From assembly GCF_001194135.2 (NCBI RefSeq), contig NC_069006.1:3727155-3791154 (forward strand): a stretch of DNA of 64,000 nt, given 5' to 3'. Position 1 is the stretch's first letter; each line of letters opens with the position of its first letter. Positions 50,808 to 63,803 of the stretch are shown here, in pieces. The notes under the pieces were generated by a model that did not search any database, was not told the DNA's origin, and worked only from the letters and a program-made list of their open reading frames with translations. Origin of the DNA: Octopus bimaculoides. Lineage: Eukaryota. A program made the position numbers and the translations under genes.

Positions 50808-53314
50808 CTGTAAAAAATATATATAAAAAGTGCATATAAGAAAATGTTTTTCACATTGGCAGAAAAGAAAAGCCATTCTGACAATAACAATCTTTGTATA
50901 TTTTGGTCAATTCCTTAACCCAATGAGACAACATTAATATGAGAAACCACTAACACTTTTGTCACCCTATCACTGTTGAAATAAATTTTATAAAAGAATG
51001 AAGAATTTAGGGAAATAACTTTCATTATTAAAGCAGTGTTTAAAACATAAATTAACAGGAAATTTTGATCACTTTAAGCCTTTTGTTACCATATTTCTGC
51101 TTGACTTTGTTTAAATTTTATAAATAATGAAGACTTGGTATTTGGAACATGAATTAACAGAAATTTTAATGCAAGATTTTAATTTAGTTCACTTTTAAAA
51201 CAAGGGCTGGTATCAGACAGTTTGAAATCGAAAAGGTTAGCCTTCATCTTATGTCTTCATTGGTAAACTTTAGCGAATACTGTGATCAAGCCCTCCTTAC
51301 CCAGAGACATAAATTTGGTAAGGGGAGGGGGGACTGGAGTTGTTCCAGTTCAGTAATCTGTTGATATAACTAAATCTGAAGAGATTTCAAAAATCAGTCG
51401 TAATTACCTCTGTAAATATTCTATAGAAACTGAATTTTAGATAAATATCTTCTTTCAAATTTTTAAACTAAACTTAACTAAACTCATTGAAAAAGAAAAT
51501 AAAGTCTACTCTTTCACCTTTTATGATGAACATTCTAAAATATATTTTAGTTTTCATCATAGATTTTGAATTGTTAACAAATTTGTTGCAAGAAGATGCT
51601 TTAGCATTGTTTTCAAACCACAAATTTGTAACTGAATGTTTAAAGAAATGTTCCAACTCAAATGCTTACAAATGAATTAACAGTTAATACATCAAAACTT
51701 CATTAACAGTTAATACATCAAAACTTCATTGACAGTTAACGATACCAATCCCTGTCCTTTTTTGGAATGAGGAGTGAGTGGGGAGTAGGTGACAATAGAC
51801 ATAATTTAAATATTTACACCAGCCACTTTTAGCAAGGAAAGTCTGCATCTAAGGACATTCTTCTACACAACTGTATCTTCAGTTTCACTCAGCTAAAAAG
51901 GAACACTGTTTATTTACATCAGTTTACACAGCATTTATTTTGGAACTACTTCAGATATTCAATGTAGATATGGTTGATGATAATAATAATAATACATGTT
52001 GCATCAGAGAGAAGAGGAGAGATGGTGGTAATATGGCTTATTCCACGGCAACAGAACCTATAGTGGAGGTTAATTAAATAACACTGATTCCAGTGTATTA
52101 AGGATACTTTTATTAGCCACTGAGGGATGAAAAGTGAAACCAATTTCTGTTTAATTTGAACTTGGGATACAAAAACTTAAAACAAAATTTAGCAGAACGC
52201 TTAGCTTTCAACTGTTTTCTAGATACTACAGCACCAACTGTCCTACAAACACACTACCCCTGACACAACAGCAACATCAATAACTTTTTAGTCACATGAT
52301 TTGTAAGGAAGGAATACCATTAATACTCCTGTACAAATGGTATTCATTTTATCACCTTCAAAGATAAATCAGATACAGTGGGACATGAACACTGACTGTA
52401 AGCTGAATATCCCACAGATTTGCCATGCTATTCCATTGGTACAAGCCCCACAGAGAACAAATATTAACCCCTTTTTTTTTATTATCTGATCAGCCCAAAA
52501 GGATGAAAAACAAAAGGCAGCTTTGATGAGATCTGAACTCAGGGCAAGCACACAAGTGATTGGAGAGAAATGATTTCTAGATATATTTGATATTTCAAGA
52601 TATATTCTAGATATAGCCCCAGAGAGACAAGAGGTAGAAAGTTAGCTTCCAGTGGAAAGTCAACCTCCAGGAAGATGAAAAACAAAGTCAATACCGGCAA
52701 GATCTGAATCTGAAGATAAAGGGCTATAACAGAATAATTTGCGAAATAGGATTAATAATATTGATAATAAAAATAACTTTCTAGAGGCACAAGGCTTGAA
52801 ATAATAATAAGCCTTTGATATAAATTTTCTCCAAATAGGTGAGTGTGTATGTGTGTGTATAAACTGCATAGAGTTGGGTATTTTCTTGAATTTATATTTA
52901 TTTTTTTTAATAGAAATAACCATTTTATGTGAGTTAATTAGACAACACTGCTGAATAATTAACTGTGATATTATGCTTTCTGCACTATAGCTGAAAATTC
53001 ATCTCAACTCTCTCCCGCTACTACGCAGTAAAATGACTTTAGCTGTAGCATATTAAACCACCACCACAGATACAGAAATAGCTGCATTCAACACAATTCT
53101 ATATTAGCAAAGAAATGTCATTGATTAGAAGAATAGCTTACAATCACCAGAGAAGACTTTAATTATTCAACTTCTCTCTCTCTNNNNNNNNNNCTCTTTC
53201 TCTCTCTGGTGAATGTATGCAGCACACACACACAATAGAAGTTTTAACAAAAATGAATAGAGAATGTACACAAGTTAATAATAGACCAAGCATAAATTAA
53301 CAGCAAGCAACAAT

Positions 53315-53368
<54 letters not shown>

Positions 53369-53894
53369 GTTGAAACAATTGACTATTCTTCACACTTCAC
53401 AGTATTGCTATAAAGGAGATGAAGAGGGGGGACTGGATTTTTTTAATTGGTCTTTTTTTTCATTACAAGGTTGGGAATTAGAGATATTACTGCCAGGAAT
53501 ATCAGGAATATGTGATACTATGATCTCTAAGACCCCAATCCTTTTGGTTATATGAGAGTGCTAATAAAACACTCAGCCACACAGATGGAAACGTACTTTA
53601 CATACAGACACGACAACAGTACTTTTACATAACACATGCACAGAGAGTGTGTGTGTGTGTGTGTGTGTGTGGACATTCAAATGAATGCACATAAGTATAT
53701 AGACAGAGATGAGTGAATATATTTATTGATTTCACTTGGAGGAGGCTAATGTCATGGGCCTTTGCAAGACAATTTGAGGAGGAGTGGGGTTGAAATGGAA
53801 AATGAAATTGTCTCCTCACCTCTTCTCCATCTCTCGTTAACACATCATTCTTCTTTCCAATGATTACAATTATTATTATGCTTCTAGCAGCACA

Positions 53895-54300
53895 ATATGT
53901 GTTCGTGTATATATGTATGTATGTATGTATATATATATATATAAATGTGTGTATGTGAGTGTAATATATATATATATATACTACACAAACATATATACAT
54001 TTATAAACACACATTCATATACATGCGTATTTATATGTATATACGCATACAATACATACACATATACACACATGTATATGCACACATACATATATACACG
54101 CAAAAATATATATATGTATATACACATACATTCACATACATGCATATGTGCATATACACATATATACACACATACATGCATATATGTATATGCACATATA
54201 CACACACACACACGCATATATATATATATATATATATACATATATATATACATATATACATATATACATACATATATACATACATATATATATATATACC
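53895..54300. repeat. Compound AT/AC microsatellite
   Basis: Direct reading; source of the spurious Y/I/H/T-rich ORFs. Confidence 0.9.
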
Positions 54301-54685
54301 ACACACACAGAGGAAAATATAAATTATTTATAAACAATTATGAGAAATTAATTTAATGTATGTAAGGTGTCATTAGGGGTGGGGTATACAAGAATTAAGA
54401 TGTGATGCTCATGCCTTTCTGAATGACAGTAACACCACATAAATATCTGGCACCAATGCAACTAATAGCTCTAATAATAATAATAATAATGATGATGATA
54501 ACTGATAATAATAATAAAGCTGCTGGTAATGGAAAGAAACTTGGACATAAAAGAATGAGTCATTCTCTGAGTGAGCTGGTGAAGTGAGGGAAGAAAGGTG
54601 TCTAGCTAGGAGCCAAGCTGCTATTACAACACTAACAATAGAACAAGCGACCAGGATTTACAGCTAAAAGCTTCTCAGAGAAGAA

Positions 54686-54725
<40 letters not shown>

Positions 54726-54959
54726 CACCAGCTGGACAACTAACATGGCAAATACCTGCTGCCCTCTATTTTGTTACAATGGATTTTGTTTATTATTACG
54801 TTTCAGAAGACAGACAGTATCAGCACAAACGGTTTAAGCTGCACCACAACACAACACACCACACCACACCACACCACCACAATCACACCATGAGCAGAAG
54901 ACAAACTATATTCAACGCACACACCACAGATAACACTCATATACAACCTTTTCTACACA

Positions 54960-55072
54960 TTGCAGTTTAATATGTGATTATGTATACATGCATAACAAGC
55001 TATACCTACAGTACGTGTGGTTATTATATACACACATACAGCAGCACCTATACACTAATTTCAGATGTGATG

Positions 55073-55116
<44 letters not shown>

Positions 55117-55416
55117 CAGTTTAATCTACAATACAAACACACACATACAGTATAGTTTAATGTGTATTACACACACACCACACATATACACAAACCAGTT
55201 TAATATGCATTATACACACATCGCAATTTAACTTTGCACACCACACATACCACAGATTTGTATATTATACACATACATCACAATTTAATGTCTACTATAT
55301 TTATATACACACTGTAGTCGAATGTATGTTATATACACACAGTTTAATATATATTAATACACACACAGAGAGTTTTATACAGTTTAATATATATTAATAC
55401 ACAGTTTTATATATAT

Positions 55417-55450
<34 letters not shown>

Positions 55451-55545
55451 AGTTTAATGTATATTACACACACATACATATAGTTTAATGTGTATTACAC
55501 ACATTCACACATTCCACGTTATAATGTGTATTACACACACTCTCA
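54960..55545. repeat. Degenerate minisatellite CAGTTTAATRTRTATTA(CA)n
   Basis: More than 10 copies of AGTTTAAT..TATTA, each followed by a variable CA run. Confidence 0.75.
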
Positions 55546-56142
55546 AAACCATGCAATGTTAAAAATGGTGCCACATAAATGTGAGAAGAATGAGGTGCCA
55601 GTCTCAAATGTTAAATATTCAAGTCATTTTATATGTTGCAAAGAATCAAATAAAAGTTCACTTCACATATTACTTGGCAAGCAGCAATTATTTAGAAAGC
55701 TACAACGCAATAAATGCAACTGCTGCAGTGTGCAGCATGTAGCTTACACTAACAGAACCCAGATGACCTAATTAGATAATTAAATAATTTGGAAGCAGCA
55801 TGCTATATAACTGATTAAAATGTCTCCTAGTATTTAACTGGTACTCATCAACCCAAGTGGGATGTGGACTAAGAACACACACATGTTTAAGGTATGTGGT
55901 CCATTGCTTAGGGATCTTTTATGAAAGCCCAAAAGATCAGGGATGGGAGATCAGACAGACTTAACAGGGAAATCTATGACAGAGTTCACAACAGCATGAC
56001 AACAGTGTAAAAGTAGCATGGCAGTATGACGTTAGTAGCATGGCAGTATGATGGAGCAGTGTGACATAAGTCTAAGAATAATGTTATATATATATTATAC
56101 ACACACACACACACACACATGTACATACATACATCAATTAGT

Positions 56143-56547
56143 GTCATTATCATTATTTTAAACATTCACTTTTTCATCCTCACATGGATTGGGCAGAATT
56201 TATTGAGGCAGAACACCTATGGCCAGGTACTCCTGTTGCCAACCAATGCAATTATTTCCCCATAACAAAACATGCTTTCATGGAAGACCGGAAACAAAGG
56301 ACGCGGCTTGCATGTTGGTGGCACTCATTTACAACTATCACCTGATATCACAACAAAGAGAAACACACACACAGATAGAGACAAACAGACAGATAACTAT
56401 ATTTGTATGATGAGCTTTGTTTAGCTTCCATCTATGAAATCCACTCACAAGGCTTTGGTTGGCCTGGGGTTAAAGTAGAAGACACTTGCCCATGGTGCTA
56501 CAAGGTGGGACTGAACCCAGAACCATGTGGTTGGGAAGCAAACTTTT
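56143..56547 (-). mobile_element. SINE with the same head but a different (GATGAT-ending) tail
   Basis: Head GAAGACACTTGCCC..GGGACTGAACCCAGAACCATGTGGTTG (reverse) plus tail TTTATTGAGGCAGA..CCTGTTGCCAACC. Similar copies at ~4815-5050, ~18050-18390, ~35390-35730, ~37795-38180, ~40270-40620 and ~46850-47090. Confidence 0.75.
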
Positions 56548-56692
56548 ATATATATATATATATATATATATACACGCACGTGCGCACGCACACACAGTAT
56601 GTAACATTAATGTAGCAATGTAACATTTTTGTACAACAGAAGGGTCGCACAGTAAGACATTGATGTAGCAGTGTGGCAGTAGGGAAGTTTTA

Positions 56693-56732
<40 letters not shown>

Positions 56733-57124
56733 TGCACGCACGCACGCACACACACACACCGAGTAAAGCAAGCACATGACCAGATATGAGTCAGCTTGCT
56801 GTTTTATTATGTACTAAAACACCTGCTGCTAGTTGGGTGCATTCAGCAGATTTAACCAGATTAACAGATTAAAAGAAAGTAAGATAGAAAAACACTGCAG
56901 TTACAAGCTCCATGGCTTTAAGCTGTCCTGGAGGCATATTTACTATGGAGGAGAGATAACGTGGTACAGGCTCTGTCACTTACAATCATACAGATTGTGG
57001 GGCTAAGAGGTGTTTCAGTCACTTTCTGATTGGTTCATCTCTCATTAACACACCACAGCCACACAACTGCACTAGTCACATTACCAAAATCACAACACAG
57101 AAAGATTTTTAAACAACTTCAGCA

Positions 57125-57435
57125 AATCTAATATTTAGACAACAGTGACTATAAAAACTCAGAGAACACTATATAACTATTTAGACAATGTTGACTACAA
57201 TGTAGACAACACCGACACTAAAATATGTAGACAACATTGGCACTATAAATATTTAGATACCGCTGACTTTATAAAAGCCCAGACAACACTGACTTTATAA
57301 AAGCCCAGACAACACTGACTTTATAAATAGACAATACTGATTATATATGATGCAAACTATATACAAGTGTAATAAATATGTAGACAATGCTGACTATATA
57401 AATATGGAGACAACATTCACTATATAAATATTTAT
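57125..57435. repeat. Degenerate ~27-bp minisatellite (AGACAACACTGACTWTATAAATATTT-like)
   Basis: About 10 units, including two identical adjacent CTGACTTTATAAAAGCCCAGACAACA copies. Confidence 0.8.
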
Positions 57436-57649
57436 ATACTGGTAAAATCATGACATTTAAGCATTCTAAATGTGTAAAGATGCAAGCAAGGTGAATTGCT
57501 CAAAAGTTCAATTCACAGTCAAGAGGTCTTGGGTTCAATTACTTTGCACAGCACTGTGAGCTCATATTTCTTACCATTGCTCCACTTCAACTAAAGCCTC
57601 ACATTTTTGGGGTCATTGTTGCATTTTTTTTGCTGTATAATCTTTGTTT

Positions 57650-58271
57650 CAGAAAATAACAATAGCAGACCCTCAGCTTACTCAAGAAATGAAGGGGCAT
57701 GCTGATATTGTGATTATAAAGGTTCAGCATGGTGATTTAGAAATATGTCAATTTTTAAAAGTTGCCAGATCTTTCGTCTACAAAGTTTGTAAGGAGCTAA
57801 AGACTGAAGATGGAAACGTATCACCAGTATCAAAGCATAAAAAAGCATTCTAAATGCTCTGAAATCATCAGAATACCTGAATTTATCCAGCAAGTTCACC
57901 AGACCACTGATTAGAATCCAAGAAAATCCATGAGGTCAATTGCAAAAGATCTCCATGTGGCAGAAGTAACAGTCAGAAATGTTATCCACGAAGATATCAG
58001 ATATAAGTCTTATATGATGAGGAAAGGTCAATTTGTCAGAAAAACCAAAGGAAAATCACTTCACCAGATTTAAAAGGCTCTTAAACAAACTGAAAAATCC
58101 AGTAGAAGAAAATTCGATTTGGTTTTCCTCAAACAAGACAAATTTCCACCAAGATCAAATAATTAATGGAAGAAATGACAGATGGTGATATGCAAAGCAT
58201 TCTGAACTCCCAAGTCTTTATGCATACAAAATTTCCTGCAACTGTCATGGGTTTAAGGGTTGTCGGCAATG
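57650..58271 (+). pseudogene. Tc1/mariner-superfamily transposase pseudogene, probably maT (DD37D) type, 3'-truncated at a microsatellite and gap
   Basis: Frameshifted reading LTQEMKGHA..LKVARSFVYKVCKEL..NPRKSMRSIAKDLHVAEVTVRNVIHEDIRYKSYMMRKGQF..IWFSSNKTNFHQDQIINGRNDRW..MHTKFPATVM. The second and third catalytic residues are not visible, so the subfamily is inferred. Confidence 0.8.
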
Positions 58272-58726
58272 TATATCTGTATATGTATGTATACATATTC
58301 ATACATACACATATATAANNNNNNNNNNNNNNNNNNNNNNNNNNNNNNNNNNNNNNNNNNNNNNNNNNNNNNNNNNNNNNNNNNNNNNNNNNNNNNNNNN
58401 NNNNNNNNNNNNNNNNNNATATATACATACATATACACACACACACATTTGTGACTAGAGTGTCAGCTAGATCACCAGTCACTGTGGTGGTGGTGGTGGT
58501 GGTGGTGGTGATGCAGGATTAATTACTATGGGCTGATACCATGTGACAACAGGACAATATTCTGGTCACCTGATTCTCTAAGGAATGTGGTTGCAATGTG
58601 AATAACCAGCTAAAGACTTGCTAAACATTCTTTAGAAAGAGTCAATCCAGTGTGTATGCATCATAGAAAAGTCACTTTATTAACCTGTCCAGGAGCCAAC
58701 ACACTACATAAAGACAATTCTCTCAT

Positions 58727-58760
<34 letters not shown>

Positions 58761-59733
58761 ACCAGAAGTTGCCAGAGCAACAGAAGCAGCTGCCCAAATT
58801 TAGGTGGCCTTTTTCTTTGTTTTTTTTTTTTTTCCCCTGTTTCATAGATATATAATTATCAACACAGGTAGACAGCAAAAGAGGAGACCTGAGAAAAAAA
58901 CAACCAGCGAAAAGAAATACGTAGAGACAGCCATGTGAAAAAAACTAATTAACTGAAGGCAAAATGCAGCCTTTATTAGGTGAAATCATATTCTTAACAA
59001 AACATCCAACTGGTTATAAAATATAGAAATTGAAATGGTTATACAAGTGGTGTGGGGTGCACACAGGCATGTGCAGGCAGGTCCAGCCTCACTGCATGGC
59101 ACCATGGCTGGGTGTCTTCTGAGGTGGCTCTAGGCTGACTAAGGCCCTGTAAATGGATTTGGTGGACAGAAATCAAAGGAGACCCATTGTGTGTGTGTGT
59201 GTGTGCATGGCTGTGTGATTAAGAACTTTGCTTAGCAAACCTTATGACTTCAAGTTCAGTCCCAGTATGTGACACCTTGGGTAGATGTCTTCTACTATAG
59301 CCCTAGGCCATGAGTGGATTTGATGGGCAGAAACTGGAAGATTTGTGTGCACACACATAGATAGACATCAGGCTACATGTTTCATAGCCAGCAGAACCTC
59401 AGAAGTAGTAATTATTCAAACGAGGGGTAATCCACTAGCTAGTCATCGTGCCAAAGATACCTTAATCAAAAGAAGCTTACATTGTCATTAAGGGATCCCA
59501 TGTTGACTCGCATGCATTTCTATTCGCATGCACAGCAACCCCTGCTGCTGATTGTAAGCTATAAAACAATTTTTTTTAGTTTATCAAACTTCAATATGGG
59601 AAAAATTTACAACCTTCTAAGTCAATAAACCACCATTTTTCCTGAAAGTTGGTTTTTTTATACCTTCTATGGACTGCCAGAAGTTTACTGTCTTCCTACA
59701 CTTTGATCCTTGGATCTTACTTTTATATATATG

Positions 59734-59772
<39 letters not shown>

Positions 59773-60073
59773 TGAAATCCCAAGATACACTGTCTTAAAA
59801 TAAGCCAAGATGGCCATGGTTAGAATGTCTTTGATCATAAACCTGATTGTTCTAGACTAACTAACCTTGGGCTCAACAAGATAACACTTCAAATAAAATC
59901 ACCTTATCAACTTTAGTAACCTAAGAAATAATAATCTATATTTCAAACATGGATATGTCAAGGAGTGGATTAATTGAATCAAAGCGTTTTTTTTTTTTTT
60001 TCCTTCTTATATACTACTTCATGTAAATGAATATAATTATTCCATCTGGGTTAATAAAATTAACAACCTTCGT

Positions 60074-60115
<42 letters not shown>

Positions 60116-60678
60116 AACACTATTATCAGTTGCTAGACTATTCATTTGACCTAATTCCTGCCATTCACCCAGCACAAACAACAAAACCAACTTTCAAAGT
60201 GGGTATGACACATAACATAGAAGACACACAACATAGAAGATCTAGGAACGGACAATTAACAAGGCTGATGGTACAAAAAGTAGACAGCTAGAAATTATTA
60301 CTGATATTAAATACTGGTCTGGAGAGAAACCAAAATTTGCAGCTTTAAGAGCAAATTATTTCTAGCACTGGAGTATAGACATATATGAAGAGGAATTCAA
60401 AGGCTTCTATACAATGCTTTTAGTCCATGTAAACGACTGCATGTCTTGCATATAAGCTTTCTAGTGCATATAAAAAGATTTCATGTATTGTATAGAAGCC
60501 TTCTAGTGTATTACAAAAGGTTGAAAAATCATGTCTACAATATTTTTAAAATACTCACGTGCTAACAGTTTCAATTCAACACTACATAGTTGTTCTATAT
60601 ACAACACAAGAACAGAGTTATAGGGATTTTGAGCCAACATAACAATTGTAACTGTAAAAGGAAACAAAGGGTTAAAGT

Positions 60679-60914
60679 AAGGTGCTGAGCTGGCAGAATC
60701 GTTAGCACGCCAGGCGAAATGCTTAGCGGTATTTCGTCTGTCGCTACGCTCCGAGTTCAAATTCCGCCGAGGTCAACCCTGCCTTTCATCCTTTCGGGGT
60801 CGATTAAATAAGTACCAGTTACGCACTGGGGTCGATATAATCGACTTAATCCGTTTGTCTGTCCTTGTTTGTCCCCTATGTGTGTAGCCCCTTGTGGGCA
60901 GTAAAGAAATAAGA
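60679..60914 (+). mobile_element. tRNA-derived SINE with Nin/Deu-like central domain; near-intact copy
   Basis: A-box-like GAGCTGGCAGAATCG, B-box-like GAGTTCAAATTCC, core GCCTTTCATCCTTTCGGGGTCGAT..AAGTACCAG..CTGGGGTCGAT, tail TAAAGAAATAAGAA; many CpGs retained. Confidence 0.85.
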
Positions 60915-62161
60915 ATCATTAGCATGCTGGGCAAAATGTCTAGAGGTGTTTTATCCAACTTTACGCTCTGAGTTAAAATGCCGCCAGGGTCAACTTTGCC
61001 TTCCATCCTTTCGGGGTCAATGTAATCGAATTAGCCCCTCTGAAATTGCTGGTCTTGTGCCAAAATTTGAAACCAATATGAAGGATTGAAGTAAGCTGTC
61101 TCCACACACATTGTACAGACAACTGTTTATAATTGATAACTAACTTACAATACCATATTTGAAGGCTAACCCTAACCCACCATCTTTTTTTTTTCCCTCC
61201 AAAAAAAAAAAAAGTCTCAAAACTATCTTCCCAGATTCTCTACATGTGTTGGGGGCAGATATTACAAGCTTTAATGCACAAATTTTTTTCCTAAATATAA
61301 GCAACTGAAACAAGGGTGTTTCTAAGATACCTCTGCATCTAATATGCAATCAAATGTGATGCATTATAACAATACCTTTTTGGTTTTTATAACTTCACAA
61401 AAGAGGATGAAGACAGAATTAGGCAGTTGAGCTGTTGAAGTAGGAGTAGTGAGTGCAACTCAAAACAGAGAAAAGGAAAAATGTTTGAGAAAGATGTAGT
61501 AGACCTGGTTGAGAGGGACTACTGTATCTTTCCGGGGTGCAATCAAATGGGTTAGATAAAGCAGATAGGATAGAGTTTAACAAGAAAAGCAAAAGGCCAC
61601 TCTGTAATGGCAGCAAGAGAGAGATAAAGAGTAGACAATCGTTAAATTGAAGCTTGCCATTCAGATGAGAGGATTGCTTTTGTAAGTGTGTGTGTGTGTG
61701 TGTGTTCATATATTCCAGCTATTTGAGCAGCACTCTAGTGTAACATCTAATTATAACTTCTAAATGGTGAGTAGCTAGTAAAAGCTAAAGTATTTTCTGT
61801 CTGGGGAAATGAATGTTTTCAGTCGATATCAAAAGTTCAAGGTGCTTTCAAAATACATGCACGCACACGAACACACACACACACATTAGTAAAATAGACC
61901 TCTTACATTGTTCCTAAGACAGTAGAGCAATAAAATAAATATGTCGCAATATTTAGTTTCGTCTTGCTAGATTCTTAAGTTCAAATTCAACCAGAGTTGA
62001 CTCTCCCTTTTACTCTAGTGGTGTTAGTCATCAAAGAAACAATGGAGTTTTCATTTATTGTACTTTTACACAAACTTGGCTTTGTATCAAACAAATGAAT
62101 TTAATTTAATAAAGTATTCATAAATCACATTACACAGTAAAACAAAAAAAAAAAACAGTTG

Positions 62162-62211
<50 letters not shown>

Positions 62212-62684
62212 TTGTTGTTGTCCCTATAACCTTGCATGCATGGATGCTGTCTACTTCCTGTTTATCATACTGACTTTTAGGGTAAACAGTCTCATTTTCT
62301 GAAATATCCATATACTTTACACAATAGCAAACATTTCTGTTTAAAATAACAAATAGAGTAGACAGAGAGATTCTTACAATGTGAAAAGGGAACGTTCAAT
62401 CACTTGTAGTATATACTTCAGACACAAAGACCCATCATCACAAGTTAACAGATTAACCCTTTTGATACCAACCCATCTGAAATTTCCCCCCTGGATCTAT
62501 TCCACATTTCAAATTGATCTAAATTAAAACCTTCCATCAAAATTCCACGTTAATTTATGTTCTAAACACCAGCTTAATATTGACCTCCCTTGCAAATGCT
62601 ACACAGACACGATCTGTGTGTCGATAGCCAACTGGAAAAGATATTTTCCTGGGGCTAAAACAACAGTAACATTGTCCTTTACAG

Positions 62685-62953
62685 CAGTGCTACACTAAGT
62701 GGTAGTCCTTAGACTGGTGCCAGTCTGTGAGCCACCAGCTGCCAGTACGCAGTGAGTTTCCAGAAAAGAAAGAAACATTATAAAATGCTTACGAAATATT
62801 ATATAATTTGTTTACAAAATAAATAAGATTTTAAAAATTGTCAACTTTTATTATATTCATTAAATATATTGTTTCTGGTACAAATTAATATTACCTGGCA
62901 CATTGAGGGGAAAAACTGCTGGTACACCACATCTGATAGTTTGAGAAGCACTG
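62685..62953. mobile_element. Complete hAT MITE (269 bp) with perfect 8-bp TSD
   Basis: CTTTACAG at 62677-62684 and 62954-62961; termini CAGTGCTACACTAA / TTTGAGAAGCACTG (11/14 complementary). Confidence 0.85.
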
Positions 62954-63201
62954 CTTTACAGGACTGCCACATTCTGTTGGCACATCAAAAGCATTATGTT
63001 CCAACAAAAATACGGTAACAAAGAGGTTAAAGAAATATATGTAGATCGTCAGTATTTCATAAAACATGTATCAATAATGATTAGTTTGGGTTATGTGGAA
63101 GCAGTCATGCCTTTTCCCTATCTTATTTCAACTGTTAGTCACCAACTACGAATTACACTCGTTAAACACCAATACCAACTGACATGGTTGTCTTTGAGCT
63201 G

Positions 63202-63358
<157 letters not shown>

Positions 63359-63429
63359 TTAAGGACAGGTAAAAGAAAGACAACTGTTATAATGTAGAAC
63401 AATTTGAAACTACGAATGAGGTTTGTTTC

Positions 63430-63567
63430 CAGCTTGCTTTGCAACCACATGGTTTCAAGTTCAGTCCCACTGCAGGGCATCTTGAGCAAATGTTTCAAGT
63501 GTTTTCTGCTACAGCTCTGGCCTGACCAATGTAAGTGAACTTGGTAGATGGAAACTGTAAAAGCCAT

Positions 63568-63621
<54 letters not shown>

Positions 63622-63803
63622 CCTACCACATGACAACCAGTGACGGTTTGTTTACATCCCTGTAATTTAATGATTTGACAAGAGAACAATAGTAAGTACC
63701 AGACTTAAAAAAAAGAAGTTCTGGGTTCGATTTGTATGACTAAACCATTCAAGGTGGTGCCCCAGCATGGCCAGGGTCCAATGACTGAAACAAGTAAAAG
63801 ATG
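63430..63803 (+). mobile_element. Composite SINE: tRNA-like head, CORE-like block, (GT)n, Nin-like block, GTAAAAGA tail
   Basis: CAACCACATGGTTTCAAGTTCAGTCCCACTG..CTTGAGCAA..(GT)n..AGTAAGTACCAG..GGTGCCCCAGCATGGCC..AATGACTGAAACAAGTAAAAGA. Reverse copies at ~33773-34145 and ~5370-5705. Confidence 0.75.

Noticed and set aside
50808-50890. N-terminal part of the listed 122-aa ORF (MLLSEWLFF...) as the gene start
   Set aside because: It lies upstream of a clear splice acceptor and is unrelated to the SPEN N-terminus; intronic.
51675-51740. Small tandem duplications (also ~49860-49970 and ~56030-56070)
   Set aside because: Ordinary local slippage duplications.
53816-53890. Possible spen exon 1 or upstream exon (..DGEE|gtgagg)
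   Set aside because: No good acceptor and no similarity to the conserved MVRETRHLWVGNLP start.
53913-54356. ORFs of 91-147 aa rich in Y/I/H/T/C/V; likewise poly-CV, poly-TH, poly-LS, poly-MT and poly-Y ORFs elsewhere
   Set aside because: Translations of simple repeats.
57125-57435. CRISPR-like periodicity (also 17430-17940 and 54960-55545)
   Set aside because: Units are contiguous degenerate repeats without unique spacers; eukaryotic context; no cas genes.
60679-60760. tRNA gene (A and B boxes)
   Set aside because: It continues into a SINE body present in many copies; no cloverleaf evident.
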